Position numbers and translations under genes: made by a program. Shown piece by piece: positions 1-14,800 of a stretch of DNA of 64,000 nucleotides. The DNA comes from Kudoa neothunni (Eukaryota; Animalia; Cnidaria): positions 717,284 to 781,283 of the forward strand of contig OZ199840.1 in NCBI GenBank assembly GCA_964304625.1, in the 5' to 3' direction. The notes under the pieces are model-generated. The model was not told where the DNA came from. It ran no database searches and worked only from the letters and a program-made list of their open reading frames with translations. How positions within the stretch are numbered: position 1 is the first letter of the stretch; the number at the start of each line of letters is the position of its first letter.

Positions 1-3000
1 GATGCTATGGAGTAACATGCAACTCCACCAAGTGTAAATATTATATCGAACAAAAATTGAAAAACATTGATGATAACTTTTTGAAAAATAATCTCACTGG
101 AAATTCTTTGACAAATCTGTCCCGATATATACAGATATATCGTCGTAACGCGTACCAATTCGAAACTCAACTCTCTGAGGATGAGAACAATCACTTAAAT
201 CCAACGAAAACTCCAATACCTTCCTTAGTCACTTTAAAACCAACTTCAAATAGTAATATAGTTTATAATATTTTTATATAATATTTTCTTATAGAACTTA
301 ACTGCACAGAAACATATAGAACATACAGAAATGGATTCTTTGGCCACAATTTTACCTTTCTTCATTTCAAAATCAACAAAACCATAAACAACGAAGTACA
401 ATGCATCGATAGTTGTTGTTCCATGTTGAATAAATGCAACGGAATCTTTTATATCGATAAGAAATGTTATTTTATTACTGTTCCATTTCCACAGTCTCTG
501 GGCTCGGCTTCTATTACCCCTTTTTCTAAGCAGCAGCCCGGTCAAAACCTATCCTTGATAGTTATTTTTGATCAACACTCTAAAAGATTTGAAATCCCAC
601 TTAATGAAAACTATCATATAGCTGGTTAGTATTATCTTATAAAATAAATATTATAATCGTTTTAGAGATGAGTAATAGTGACAACAACGATTTGTGCGTA
701 AAAGTCAAATTAAACCTCACTACACATAATGTCACTTTTAATGATTCACAGAGTTATCAATATCTGTCATTAAGTCGAAAAATTGAAGACGAAGTAATAA
801 TTTTGTTTTATGCTGTTTAACAGAATTTTTATAATACAGTTGGATTCGTTTTTCTCAAGCATCCCTTCCTACAGTTATTCCACAATAATAAATATGATGT
901 ATTTTCAATACGTCTGAATGCATATACTTAAATCTTCCTGTAGAAAGGACATTAACAATGATATTGTCCTCAATATTCGAATCAAAATTAACGTTATCAA
1001 TAGCAACCTTGCATCTTCCATACGAACGGTTTCTACCAAAATTCTCGAATTTATCGAGTCAAAATCATCTTTTGTCGAAACTGATTTCGACATGAAATTA
1101 TGCACCAATTTTAAGTCGTATATTTGTCCGAGTGTCAATGAATTCTCGGTTAACTGGAAGTTCACTCTATCAAATACCTCGGTGGCTAGTGCGTGTCCCT
1201 TGAATGCGGATGGTATAGCCATGCGGGAATGTGACCCTGATGAATCCACCTGGAAACCTCCTTCTTTTCGTTACTGTTCTCATAAAATCTATAAGGATTT
1301 TACAAAAAATGTACATTATATAGTGGATATAATATGATATAATTTGAATTTAATTGATCTAGCTTGAGTCAAATCCACAAAATGTTTCATCGTTAAAAAC
1401 TCTCATCTCAACTATCTATGATCATGTGCAGAACGATTTTTTGAGAAATGGAGAGCAATGGTTTGAAGCCAATAATATGAGGATCAAGCGCTCCGCTAAT
1501 GATTTAATGGATATTTCAGCCATTACAGGTGGTGTAGATGGTACCGATTTAACCGATAGGGCAGGCTCTCTTGGTGATGAAAACAGCGAAGAATTTCCCT
1601 CTATTGAAATATCGAGGTTAAATGGACCAAATGAAACCATCGAACATTATGTCTCCAAATATTCCCATGAAGATTTACCTTCCAGTAACCAAAGCTCTAT
1701 TGTTATTAAGAGCATTAAACATGTCACTGTCTATCCCGATCCTAACCAGGTTAACAGAACCATCTCAACTGTTTACCCTTACTACATAGCTAAATTTATC
1801 CCCAAAAATGACACAAAAAATTCTGAAACTAAAGATAAAAGTATTTTAAAAAATTAATAAATTAAATAGGATAAGTTTAAATAGTACAGTCATGAAGCCA
1901 ATGTGTCCTTTAGTTTAATTACAGACAAGAATCTATTTTTTTAATTTATAATCATTTCTATAATAAAACAGGATTTTATGCTGGCTAATTGTCAGTAAAA
2001 TAACACATTCATTAATTTTATTTAGATAACTTTCAGACATTATTTTAATAATTAATACATTTACTGGAAAGAGTTATTTTTGTAGCTTGATCATTCATCA
2101 GCCAGAAAATAATGATGTAAAAATAATAATATTTAATATAAATTTATTTTTATAACTTTACAGATTTCAAAACGAAAAACTGAATGATTAAAAATTCTTT
2201 GTTTTTTTAATATATTTTTTACTTAACTAAATTAATAGTTAATAGTTCAATACTTTTAATAATAAAATCTAAGAAATTCATAACTAAAATAAATATTTAT
2301 TTTAATCTTGATGTATACAATATTAATTTGTCATTCTTTAATATTTTATGAGAAAATAATAAAATTTATTCTCAATTAAAATGTGTATTTATCAAAATTT
2401 CGTAAGTATACATGGGATTTCACATTTTATATGACCTCAGAAAATTAGAAAAACAAAGATTAAATCACATTAATCCAATTTCATAATAAGATTTTGCATT
2501 AAAATATTTTAAGCATTTAAGAATAAGTGTCATATCATGTAACTTAAAGTTATTTCATTATAATTTTTTCCATATTATTTATAACAATTTAAATTGAAAG
2601 ATTGTTTATTATTAAAATACATAATTTCATACTTATTTAATATATGAGTGATCGATATCTGGATTAAATTATTTTAAAACTATTATAAAAATAAATAAAA
2701 TGAATCTGAAGTCTTTTTACTTTATAAAAATAGCCATTCCCTTAATATTACGTAAAATTAATTTTTTCGGTGCCACGACGTTTTTATTTAAAAATGTATT
2801 TACAAATATTTTTTAATTAATATTGTTCGTCCGCTTATTATAATATTTTTATTTAATTTAAGTATTCGTATTTCCATATAGTAGGACAAAAAATATGGAA
2901 ATTAATATTCAGTTGTTGAATACTGTTGTTTTATTATCGAGTTAATTCAATCTGTTGTATAAATATTTATACAGTGGGTGACCACTCGTTCGTAATTTTT

Positions 3001-6000
3001 AAGATAGTGTGAGCGGTATTAAAAGGGAAACAATGCTATAGATCAACTATAAAGATAATTTATTCTGGGGTAAATTTCTCGGTTATAGTAATATATTTAA
3101 GTTCTCTGACAATTATCGTGTATTCCTCGTCCAACATCCGTTTGATGTTTATTACTATTTGAACCACGATATTTAATGTAATGTCTTAAATTGGACAAAT
3201 GAGAGAGAGGGGTAATTCTGAATGGAATAATTCTTCGCCTTATGCCATCGAGTTTATGAAATTTGTCGTCTCTGATACAGTTACCCTCACTTAAAAATAA
3301 TTAATATTGGCGTCATTTTCAATATTGTTTCCGCTCCACATCCTCGCTGGTTTTGGAAAAACTTTGTTATTTCATATTTCTCTTTTAATGTCCTAACTGA
3401 GTTTTTATTTCTGTTCTCCATTTCGCCAACAATCTAAAACAAATCTGAACGCAACTGAAAAAGCCACGAACCACATTTCACTACAGAATAATCCAGAAAA
3501 AACATAATTGATTAATTTAAAAATATGTTTATTTGTATTGATAAAGGTCAAATAAATGTTTTTAGATAGTTCTAGAATTAAATAGCTTATTATAATCTTA
3601 TGTGTACGTTGATTTTTTAATATTTTCTCAAATTACGAACTACACGTGAGCCATCGCATTGCTTAAATAGCCGGTCATTAAATATTTTGAATGAAACCAT
3701 TTAAATAAAGAAAATTAACAGATATTTTTCTAAAAAAACAAGAATAAATAGAAAGCTGAGTCTATATTTCAAAATACACTTCAATTATCAATTCTTCATG
3801 AGTCTTCATTTATGTTAGTATGGAAAAATTCCACGTTTTTATTAATAATTATATTATTATTACTCAAAATTATTTTTGCAAACGTTTAATTATTAACAGC
3901 TAAAACAAACGACAGAAAAATTAATAAAAAACATAACTTTGAAGTATCTAAATAGAAGGAAATAGTTATTTAAATTTGTAAGCTCGTTCAAAATAACGTT
4001 TTAAACTTTACCCACTATCTTCTTCGTACACATTTTATCTTCTCTTCTGAATAGATTTAGGGAATTATTCACCTACTGTATAGTTAATTAATTATAATTT
4101 AACCGAAAGATGCGAGGACGCTTATTGTTTTAAGAATATAATAATTTTGTATGGATGGTATCTTTAGTTACTTTTTCATTGAGTATATGTAAGGTTTAAA
4201 TTTTAATCTTAAAATAAATTGTCTCCTAATAATTTTGGTTCTATTTAACACTTTCTTGAGTTTATATTAAAATAATACATTAAATGAATAATATATTTTT
4301 TTAGAAACTAATGTAAATGATCATCAATGGAATTACGGACTGTTGGGAGGGGATATAGTACAGATTGTATCTATATTGAGACTGCTCTCTAGTCAGCTGA
4401 AGGGAATACCTCTTGATGAAATTAGCTATATTGTAAAAATCTTCACAAAATATTATTTCTTTGATAGTTTTTAGAAATTGATACAAATATATGACGCATT
4501 ATTTAACGCTCTCAACACAAGAGAATGGGGTATAATACTGAGTGAGCCACACGATGAACGAATTTTTACCTCATTAATCATATCACTGCAATCGGTGCTT
4601 GAATCATATCAAACCCGAGGCTATGTGAAATCATCATCCACAGGGATATTCTATCTAGAGAATATATGTAATGAAGCTTGATATTTAACTGTTGTAATGA
4701 ATTTATTAAACAGATTTCAAATTTCAAACGTTTGAGGAGAATAGCCTGAAAATGGAAGATAAAACTATGTTTAGGAACAACGAATTCAGCCTCAAAGTCA
4801 ATTCCACCAACAGCTACGTTTGTATGTTAATTGTTATATTTATTAAAACACTAATCCATACTGTCGTATCAATTGATTATACTCCATAGATTTAAATTAT
4901 ACCATAATAAGAATAAACACCCTGGAAAAATACTTTAATAGTATGGGAGAATCCTATCGAAAAAATTACAAACTCAATGTTGAAAGGTAGTTTTATTCAG
5001 AAGGGCAAATTTATTTCTTACATAATATTATTTGGTTAGTTTCACACCACACCACCTTTCACGTTACTTTTTTATGGCACCTATTTCAAACGATGTTGCT
5101 GTGGTGACGACAACAAAATATTGGCAATCAAACTATCTCCTTCGTTACAACTACAGCTTCAATAAAAACTTTATTTCAACAAATTTTGTATATTTCATTC
5201 TGATAACAATGTGTACGAGTTTTTGACTGGTTTTTCTAGTATGGCATCCCAAAAGAGTGTTATATTGTTGTGGAAAAGTGACTTTAACTAGTCATTGTTT
5301 CATGCAATTACATATTGGATTTTATAGAAATCAGTACGAAAGCGATTTGCAAAGATGTGATTTTATCGAGGATCAGCATCATTGGGACTGTTTGTGTGAT
5401 GCAACTGGATTGTTATTTGTTAAATATGATGTAAGAATTGATTAAATTTATTGGATAGCACAATATTATATCTCACCCAATTATATTTTTTTCCTTAGAC
5501 ATCGCCGTATATAAACGTCAAATACATAAAAGTAGCTGTGAAGAACGAGGCCCCATCCACCTATTTGAATGTGACCAAAACCAACGTGACTGTTCCCCTA
5601 ACAGTATGGAGTTTCAAGCAAACCCCTATATCCAGATCAACCGGCATAATCTTTTTCTTCTTGATCATACTATTGCTACTGTTACTTTTCGTAACGTTAG
5701 TGACCATCTTGCTATGCTACAGGTAGCTTATTATCGCCCGATTTTAAGTCATGACAACTATCTCTAAATAGGAAATCAGAAGAGAGGAAATCATTGGGTA
5801 TTAAAATTACATTTTGATTACGCTGATGCTCAACTATTATAATGTGAATAGAATCCATGAAGAAAGTGGAAAAAGGATCCACGCATAAATACCACAGTGA
5901 AACCTATTCAATATCAAACACAAAATTGGACGATCACATATTGGACGATCTTGGCGCTAAATATTTTGCGAATAAGTAATGTTTAGTAGAGCACTACAAT

Positions 6001-6097
6001 CAAACTCACTAATTCTAGTCGAGCGACTGATTCTGAGATGGATCGAGCCATCTATATAGATTTGGTAAAAGCGAAAATGAACAACTCGGATCTATGA
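1..6097 (+). CDS. 5'-partial multi-exon adhesion-GPCR-like cell-surface protein (MANSC-like, HRM, GAIN/GPS) with a single TM helix and a ~75-aa tail
   Basis: Hand-spliced exons give a MANSC-like CIDSCCSMLNKCNGIFYIDKKCY (~400-475) and an HRM motif CPSV..W..T...ACPLNADGIAMREC....WKPPSFRYC (~1125-1280). GAIN-A-like segments are LLGGDIVQIVSIL (~4340-4375) and YDALFNALNTREW..IISLQSVLESY. A GPS-like CDFIEDQHHWDCLCDATG lies at ~5355-5410 and a hydrophobic IIFFFLIILLLLLLFVTLVTILLCY at ~5645-5720. Three short in-phase GT-AG introns then lead to TGA at 6095-6097. One long intron runs ~2120-4300. Confidence 0.75.
2972..3661. mobile_element. Degenerate non-autonomous DNA-transposon-like element in the long intron; related inverted copies at ~39945-40565 and ~62645-63270
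   Basis: Degenerate inverted ends: TA-CAGTGGGTGACCACTCGTTCGTAATTT and AAATTACGAACTACACGTGAGCCATCGCATTG. Internal 3100-3200 and 3595-3650 match the reverse complement of 40400-40520 and 39975-40070. Confidence 0.5.
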
Positions 6098-7889
6098 TGA
6101 TGATTCCAATAACAAATGTAAAATTTATGTTAGGTTGTATCTATTTTATACGTTAGTATTTTTGGACAATTAATTTAAAAGATTCATGATTTTTCCCCTC
6201 ATAATTTCCGTTTATTATTACTGAAGGAATATGTCTTCCTATAAAAAATAATATTTCGCATCTAATAATACGTTAAATTTTAAATTCTTACGTTTATTAA
6301 ATAAATTTTTGAAATTATTATATTTGTACAATAAAAACCTGCAAAAAAGTTATTGATAGATATTAATAAAACATTAAACATACCAGTCAATTAGATTCAC
6401 ATGAAAATGGAGGTTTATTTTATAGGTTGAAGGCGATATAAATAACTTTGGGGTCATTTTGGCGCCTTTAGATAAATTATTGCGCATCTGAAGTCTTAAT
6501 TCTTTTTGTTTATGTAAAATAAATTCATAAGTTAATAAATGATAAAAATTCTCCTTGTAAAATAATACAAATTAATCATATAATCTTCGCGCGTTCACCA
6601 TTGTTGTGGAAGGAGACACTATCAAATAAGTTAGCATTCGGATTTTACTTTAGCTTTGAAGAATTCAACGAATAAAATATTCCGATACATCATTATTAAA
6701 ATAATTCAATAAAATGTGCTATTCAACATCTCACGAGAACAAAAGGGCGTTATTTTGTTTACAAGTTGAAACCCTTGGCACACTTTTTTAGGTCATTAAG
6801 TTGGGGCTGGTTAGACCCTCTTCATTTACGCTGTAGGCTCCGCAGCGTCATATTAGGTCGACTTACTTTTATGCGGTAGTGTGGTATTTTAACATGCAAA
6901 ACATCCTCGTTTCGGAGCAATCATCACATCAACCATACCCTAATAAAATAACCCAGAATTAGTTTAGGAAAGTCGTTTGAATGGGGGCGTCGGCTCTACG
7001 GGAACCCCCTACCGGGTTATATTTCGTTCCTGTACTCCGGTGTTTACGAGTTTATGAGCGCCCCAAATTTACTTTCCGCCAGGCTTCTCTCCCAGCTGCA
7101 AGCAAGACCACGATATATCGTAGATCCTTGCAATTACTGAAGTCTTCCTAATTAATTTCGGATTAGGAGTACAGGAACGCCTGGACTAAGTCTCGAACTC
7201 ACAACCTCACAGTATGCGAGTTCGACCTTACGTCACTATGCCAAATTACCCAGACAATGAAACTAGGCGAATACATTGCAACTTCGAAGCTCGTCTAAAA
7301 AGAATTCGACTAAAAATTTTGAATCATAAACACTATCGAGTTCGAACACATATAGAAAGGGTATTCAGAACAAATTCGTTCGGAGCGAAGAAAACAATTT
7401 CTGGAAGAAGAATCGGTCAATCAAATTATGCAAACGTTATCGTAAGAGAAACTTTAATAACCCCTATCCTATGACAACCAGAAAATATTATCCTATATTT
7501 TATTCAATATTTATTTGTCATATTTTTATAAAGAGAAGGTATTCATGTTTTTTCATAAATAAGAATAAAAATTGTCTTTATTAGAATTAGCAATAACGGA
7601 TTAAATTAATTTCCATTATTTTGTATTTTGTGCGAGAAAAAAATTATTCGAATTTCAAACACACTTCTAGAAAAGAAAGATTATGGTCGAAGTCCGAGGG
7701 AGCACCATACATATTTTTTAAAATAATACAAATATATTGGGAGAACAATCTAAAAATAGGCGAATAAATGTTTATATATAATTGTAAAAATATATTCGGA
7801 TAAAAAATAAAAAAATGCGAATTAAAATGTAAAATATAGGATCAAATAGAGTTCCATAAATAACTACGGACGATAATGTTAATCATCTT

Positions 7890-9838
7890 TTATTTTGTAG
7901 TTACAATCTTCAATATTTGGAATGAAAACTTTTGAACTACACTGACTTCGGTCGAGTGTTTTGTTTCGCTATTTAACTCCTAAAAATACCATCCAACAAA
8001 ACAACTGTTACCTTTCTAGACCGCATCATCATAAATGCAAGTATAAGTATGCATATGAAAAACTAAAAATGAAATTAAACGATCGAATAGATTCAATTAC
8101 CACAAGCAAAAACAATAATACTTGGAAAAGCAACCAATAAATGAGGTTCATTAATTGAATATTTTTAAACAGCGCCATTCCATGTTTGACACACACACAA
8201 GCTTCGATACATGTGATAGCACTACAAACGACACCACCCAAATTATTTTTTTGAAGAATTTAACAAATACATAAACACCCAGCAATGTGTACCCAGTCGA
8301 TTACAGCGCGCATCAGAAATGTATAGATAATATTGTCTATTATAAGTGGGAACATATGAGATAAAATAATAAATGGTGATTTTATGGAAAACCTCAGCCC
8401 AGGAGCAACCAATATCAATATAATCCCAAGACGAATTAAATTCAAATAGTTTTTGGATGGGATCACAAATATGTGTTTGAGAAAAAAACAATTGAGTTCA
8501 TTAATCTATCACAAAAATTAGATTAACTCATGACAATAATAAATCAACCTGAAAAAATAGAACAAGAAGACACAACTGGAGATATCTTCTATAAGGCGAA
8601 CTGGTGCACATCCATGAGACATTTGACCAACTGGAATCAAAACGAAATTAAAAATGACAATTTGTGGCCGAATAATAAAATTAATTACCTTTCAGGTGTG
8701 AATTGTAAAATAACTCGTTTCAACTTCATTTTTGTTCCCTCAATAGCTCTAAACAATCATCATTAATAGCTTTAATAGTAGCCATAAAAAATAAACCCAC
8801 TTAAAACTTTCCCATTTATATTGTTTCATCTCCAACAGCTTACACAAATACAATCCGGTATATATCCCGAGACCATTACACAAAAGCACATCCAAAATTA
8901 ATGAATCCCACCAACACTCAGCGAAATTAGGCAACAAATGAATAAATGCTACCTACACACAATCAATCAATCGATCATATCCAATCTAGATTTATATTCA
9001 AATAAAATAACTACTATCTCACCTCTGTAATCTCCCACATAACACTAATAACCCAAAGCATCTCGGCATGACGCAGCACCATAGCTTTAGCTACATTGCC
9101 CAAAAAATGAGCCACTGTAAACACATCAAACTGATCTACAAAAGTCTTCCACTTATCACAGTTGACTTTATAAACCTGTTGAATCGAAAGAGATTGTTCT
9201 GTTAATTCCTAAATTAAGATGTTACTTTGGTATCGGGAGAGGCCAACTTTAGTTCCGGGTCAATAAAATATAAAACATTTTTCACCGTGGCATAACTTTG
9301 AAATAGAAAAAAAATGAGTATCATCAGGTAGACCACCGAGATTCCTTTATAAAAGATACATAAAATACATGAAGAATATGAATAATTTAAAATTAATAAT
9401 CGTCCACCTAATACTATTCGCCAAACTATGGGATGTGGTCTGGTAAAAGGTCCGTTTGGAAAGGTCATAGACGCGAAAACGATAAAAGCAAAAAAATACA
9501 GCCACAAGCCCTATCCAATAGTTGTCTTCTACATTGGTTGTTTCGTCGCTAAAAATTGAGATATATGAATTAAATAGTCATTTGATTGCATCGATTTGTT
9601 ACCGTATAAACGCCTGCACTATCAACACTAAAACCATCAAGACGAGGGCTATTAGTGTCCTTGGTTTGTAAAAGTTCCACATGGTAATATGGGAAACCTT
9701 GATATCATCGTAGTCATGCTCATCTTCACTAGCACTGTACACGTCATCATTGTCCACGATGTACTCTGTGCTGATAGAATTTCGTATCAAAAAATTTCCA
9801 ACATCTTCTACCCCACAATCCCCATCCAGTGGATTCAT
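7890..9838 (-). CDS. PTDSS: Phosphatidylserine synthase (base-exchange type, PTDSS1/2 family), multi-exon; 3' end approximate
   Basis: Family motifs [58 protein letters not shown] and [20 protein letters not shown] lie in successive exons separated by ~30-55-nt GT-AG introns. Confidence 0.92.
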
Positions 9839-11292
9839 TTGTCACAATAAACAGCTTAGGTTAGTATAAAAAGCTAGTTTATCATATGTTTGTGGACGCG
9901 CTTGCGCAAAGAACTGTGAATTGTTTATAGTTGTTTTTAAGGAGTGTTTGTGGTTGAATTGTTGTTTGTGTGAATTACGATAAAATTACATTGCATATAG
10001 ATGTAGCATATGTGAATATTAATGTGTTTTTGATTTTATATCATTATGAAAAGTTAATCCACATTAATCGTATACTCCGCGCGAACGTTAAGCCATGGTT
10101 ACAATATGATGGTAACATTTATTCGTTGTTGTCATGTTAAGAAAAAAGCTGTTGTTAAAATTTGAAGAAATATTTTATAAGAAGATTGAAATATGATGAT
10201 GATGATGATGATGATCATTATGACATAAGTTGATGAATAATATTGGACTTCTTAGCATGAATCTGTTTGATCGAAATGTGACGAAGATTAATTTGGATTA
10301 ATTTATGTGAAATATTTATCAACGATGCTGTTGTTATAGTCTAGTGCATGACATCAAACGTCGAAAAAAACGACATTATTATAGACATGTTATTTTCATA
10401 TTTTTTTGTTTTTTAAGAACAATTTTGGGTGTAGTAGATATATATATAAAGGATAGATTTTAATAATTTTGGAAACCAATAAATATCTTACTTTGCAATG
10501 TGTCGTATTAAGGCGATCAATATTTCGAATCACACCTAAGATCAATGTTATGTCGTGATTCAATCATTAATTACTTTTTTATTATTATAATCTTGTTGGT
10601 ATTATTGTATGAGAGAAACTGATGGATGATTATTAAATTAAAAATACAGAATATAGTAATCATTCTTTAATTATAAATTTGATTGGTAAACATGTAACAG
10701 TTTAAATAATTTTATAGTCAGATACAACTGTATAATCAAATGCAACACATATTACACCTATTTTTAATACGTGTGCGATATAAAATGTAAGATGTATTAT
10801 TAAAAAATATGCGAAAAACCGATTAAAAAATGAATTAATAGTTATACCTTGGATGGAGATATGTGACATTATCGATTGAAAACATGATAACTCTTCTACT
10901 TTTATACTTACACATTAAATATTCGGTGTTTAATTTAATATTTTTATTTTTCGAATGATGTATACATAGAAATGTGGAAAACAAATGGTGCGACTGAAGG
11001 AGAATAATCTTGGATTATTATGTCGGTATAAAAAAGGTTTTTATGCATTTTATTGGATAATATAATACAAAAATTCTTTGCATCTATTTAACATAGAAAT
11101 TATCCGTAAGATTGAATACATTAAAAACAAACAAATAAATTGGTCGCATAATGGACAAATTGTGAAGATTTTGCACATACGAGAAGACTGGAGGATTAAG
11201 TGAGCATTAAGGAGTGGTTTTGTAATCGAGACTTTGCCCTAAATAATTTGTAATATCCGTGCATATGTGTGCAGTAGATGATATTACTCTAG

Positions 11293-11328
<36 letters not shown>

Positions 11329-11794
11329 ATTCGGATCTTGATGCGTTTAAATTTTACAGTGTCCTTCTTTTTCCCCTAGAGAATAACAGATAACCAACAA
11401 AGATTGTATACACATTTAGTCAATATTTACAGAAATCTTGAATACGATAAAATATTAAGAAAATTTAATAGTAACATTTTGTAATTGAAGAATAATAAAT
11501 AGTGTCACGAAAGTCACTTTATAAAATAATTATTATTTATTATGAGTAAGTTTGGATCGTTCTATTTTTGACTCTGGGTTTCTCTGTATTACTAAAGTCA
11601 TAACAAATTGACTTTTCAGCCCGGAATTCACAGAGACATCAAAATGTAAACAGTTACTTTCATGGGGGATAAATGAAAGGATGTTTTGCTAGATTAGGAA
11701 AAAATGCCGAGCCATGTAGTACATCATATCATAGTACATAAATACACCAACGGAAAACATAAACTTTAATAATTAAATAAAATTCAAAAGGGTG

Positions 11795-11867
11795 TGATTC
11801 CACCGGGGGTCGAACCCGGGACCTCAAGCGTGTAAAGCTTGCGTGATAACCACTACACTATGGAATC
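11795..11867 (-). tRNA. trnV-TAC: tRNA-Val (anticodon TAC)
   Basis: Reverse complement is GATTCCATAGTGTAGTGGTTATCACGCAAGCTTTACACGCTTGAGGTCCCGGGTTCGACCCCCGGTGGAATCA. It has a 7-bp acceptor stem, a CAAGC/GCTTG anticodon stem with TT-TAC-AC loop, a GGTTCGA T-loop, and a TTTT Pol III terminator about 5 nt downstream. Confidence 0.95.
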
Positions 11868-14800
11868 CAACAATAGGGATTAGTTGTTTATGTTAACATT
11901 ATATACACTAAAATATGTTAAGGTAAATTTGTATTTCGTTCTGTTAGAGAAAATTTATATCATTAATCTTTTCATTTCTAAGATTTTAATATATTTTTCC
12001 CATTGTACTAAAAAATTACTGCCTCAAGACTCAAACAAAGATTTTAATAGGTTCAGGAGATTCCTCTGAAGACAACCATTTCTCAAGTCAATCGATTTAA
12101 ATATCACTGTTTTATTTTATCATTTTCATTGTAAGAGGTTAATATTTATTTAAAACATAGATTTATATTAATATTATAATATTTTTTTTTTACATTCTAA
12201 AGGAACGTTTTATTATCTAGGTAACTAAATTATTCCGGTTCATTATTTTCATTAAAAAAATTTAAAGATTCCTAATACCTTGAGTATTAATTATATAACA
12301 ATAATTTATGTTATAATAGGATCTATGGTATTATTAACACAAAACAAAATCCAGTCTGTTGTAGAAATTCAACATTGTTTATATTAAGACCTCGTCTTTT
12401 GATAATTTCACAAATATTTACTCATTTAAAAAACCAAATTTCTACTTCTTCCTATTATTTTTAATTAAAAGATCAATATTTATGAATTACGATTACATTA
12501 CTCTTATAAACGAAAAATTAAATCGTTACTCTACACGTAATGACTAATAGTAATGATGATGATGATAACTACGAGTCAAATATATGGTAATCCTAATGTT
12601 TAAACATACCTATTTAATTATTAATTATTAAATATCAAAATTGATTTATTAATTTATTGTGAATAATATTTTTTAATGACACCTTAGATATTATCCCGCA
12701 TTCAGGAAGATGAGAGAAATCATTTTTTAATCATTAATGACTTCCTGACCGTTTCTTGGAGTTGATTCAAAATATACTTAACTCTTTCTACGACAAAAGG
12801 TGCTCATGAAGCAAATATAACAATATATGAGAGTAATGAGGAGTTGGCGCTTTATGCAATGAATAAAACTCTAATCTGGATAATTTGAATAAACTTATAA
12901 AAAAACTTTAAATAATAATAACAAAATTATAAACCTAATTGTTTATATCCTCTAAAATAAAAAAATTCCATATTACCTCAATTTCAAGATTATTTAAAAA
13001 TTAATGAAATATCTTATAAATTTTAAAAATTCTCACGAGTGTAATTGAACGACGCAAATAACACTAAACTATTTACTCTAGATTCGATATGATTTTCCAT
13101 TTTATATTATAACTCCTTTATTATAAAACTTCTCATTCATTAAATGTATCCGTCGTTTTAATCCCAAAATAATAATTTAGCCAACTTGTATTAAACCATT
13201 TTAATTGGTCTAAATACATAAAACAAATCTCATAAAATCTTATTAACTAAAAATAACTCGCATCGTCGTTCTAACAGAGTAATTAAGTAAAAACAACAGC
13301 AACGATTCATACTGTGCTAAGCATTAGGTGTTAGGTGGCAGATACAAAAAAGCCATCGATAAACTGAAGCTAGTCTGACGTTAAAAGCTATTTTTCTCAT
13401 AAACTAGATTGTATTCTACTGGATTTACTTGTTAACAACACACAGAGGCAAACTGAGTAATTATTTTATTAATTAAAATAGGAAGTGTGGGAATAAGCTG
13501 ACAGTGATTGTATAAATAATTGCGGCGAAAAGTACACGAGGCCAAGCGTAATTAGTTAACAAAAGATAAAATTTGAGGAAACTGCATGCATCAGTTAAAA
13601 GAAAACGAATTTAATTCAGCTTCAATAGGAAACATTGGAAGCATATGTTTTTTAATTGTTTGTAAAAGTGTGAGTGTTGGTTACGCAAAGTTGTCTAGAT
13701 TAACATAATCGCGACGACCGTCATGAACCATTTTATATCGGCATTTTTATGAACTGGTACTTTTATGACCAGCCTTCGATAATGCCTAAGAGACAAACAC
13801 GTGAACATTGTCCGACCGAAAATATCCGAACAGCCACACAAATGAGCATTTGTTTTCAATATAAAGTAAGATTAGGTTTTATTTTAATATTAGAGCTCGC
13901 TGAAATATATTATCAAATTTTCCAAACATTACTTATTGAAAATGATGTTATATAGATGGTTTAATAAATTAAGAAACACAACGATAAGCTGCCTATTGTG
14001 TTGAAGGATTAGATTTTTTTAGTCACATTATCTAATCACATAATTATAATAGTTTCATAAAGAATAAAATAATTTTGGTATTAAGGGGTACAAGAATAAC
14101 CTAATTTTTAGGTAAATAGAACCGAGGATTAGAGATAACAATTTGTTTTGTTGTTATCCGTAACGTATAGTATTTTCGGATTACATTATAAGTTAACCTT
14201 GCGTGACTGATTATAGTTCATATGCGCATTTATTTGTCATTTGAGTTGAGCACGACGAATGATTTAGCATTTGGTGGTACAGAGGATATCACGCTCAACA
14301 TAATGACGTATACTGTTTCCTACATTGGGAGGGGGATTTGTGTGTTAATTGTCCTGTTTTAAGCTGGTCTTAAATAATAATAATAACAACCATAATCCTT
14401 ATATTTAATGCGTTTGACTCGATATCATTTTTATATTGATTACTGAAAGTTTCAGTGCCAACCTATAATTATAACATTACCAAGCGATAGTTGTGGAGCG
14501 TGTGGCTCCCCTATTTTTGGCGTTTTATTGCGACCTTAAAAAATCTTATACGCGCTTCTTATCTGGGCGCATGAAAATTTTTCACAAAATTATAAAAATA
14601 AATTTATCTTCTAATCACAAATATGATGGTGAAGTCAATATCAAAGTCCTCACGTTAAACACTGCTTTCTATATTTCACCAAGAAGGAATATAAATATGA
14701 ATACAATTCGTGTACTTAAATGTTTATTTTATTTTTTCATGATATTATCTTTAAGAAAAATTAACAGTAAGTCATTATTTATGACTTTTATTCAAAAATA

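Noticed and set aside
6780-7475. GC-richer block and 86-aa ORF 7214-7474
   Set aside because: Possibly a retroelement relic (PKLILGYF on minus) but no convincing motif set or termini.
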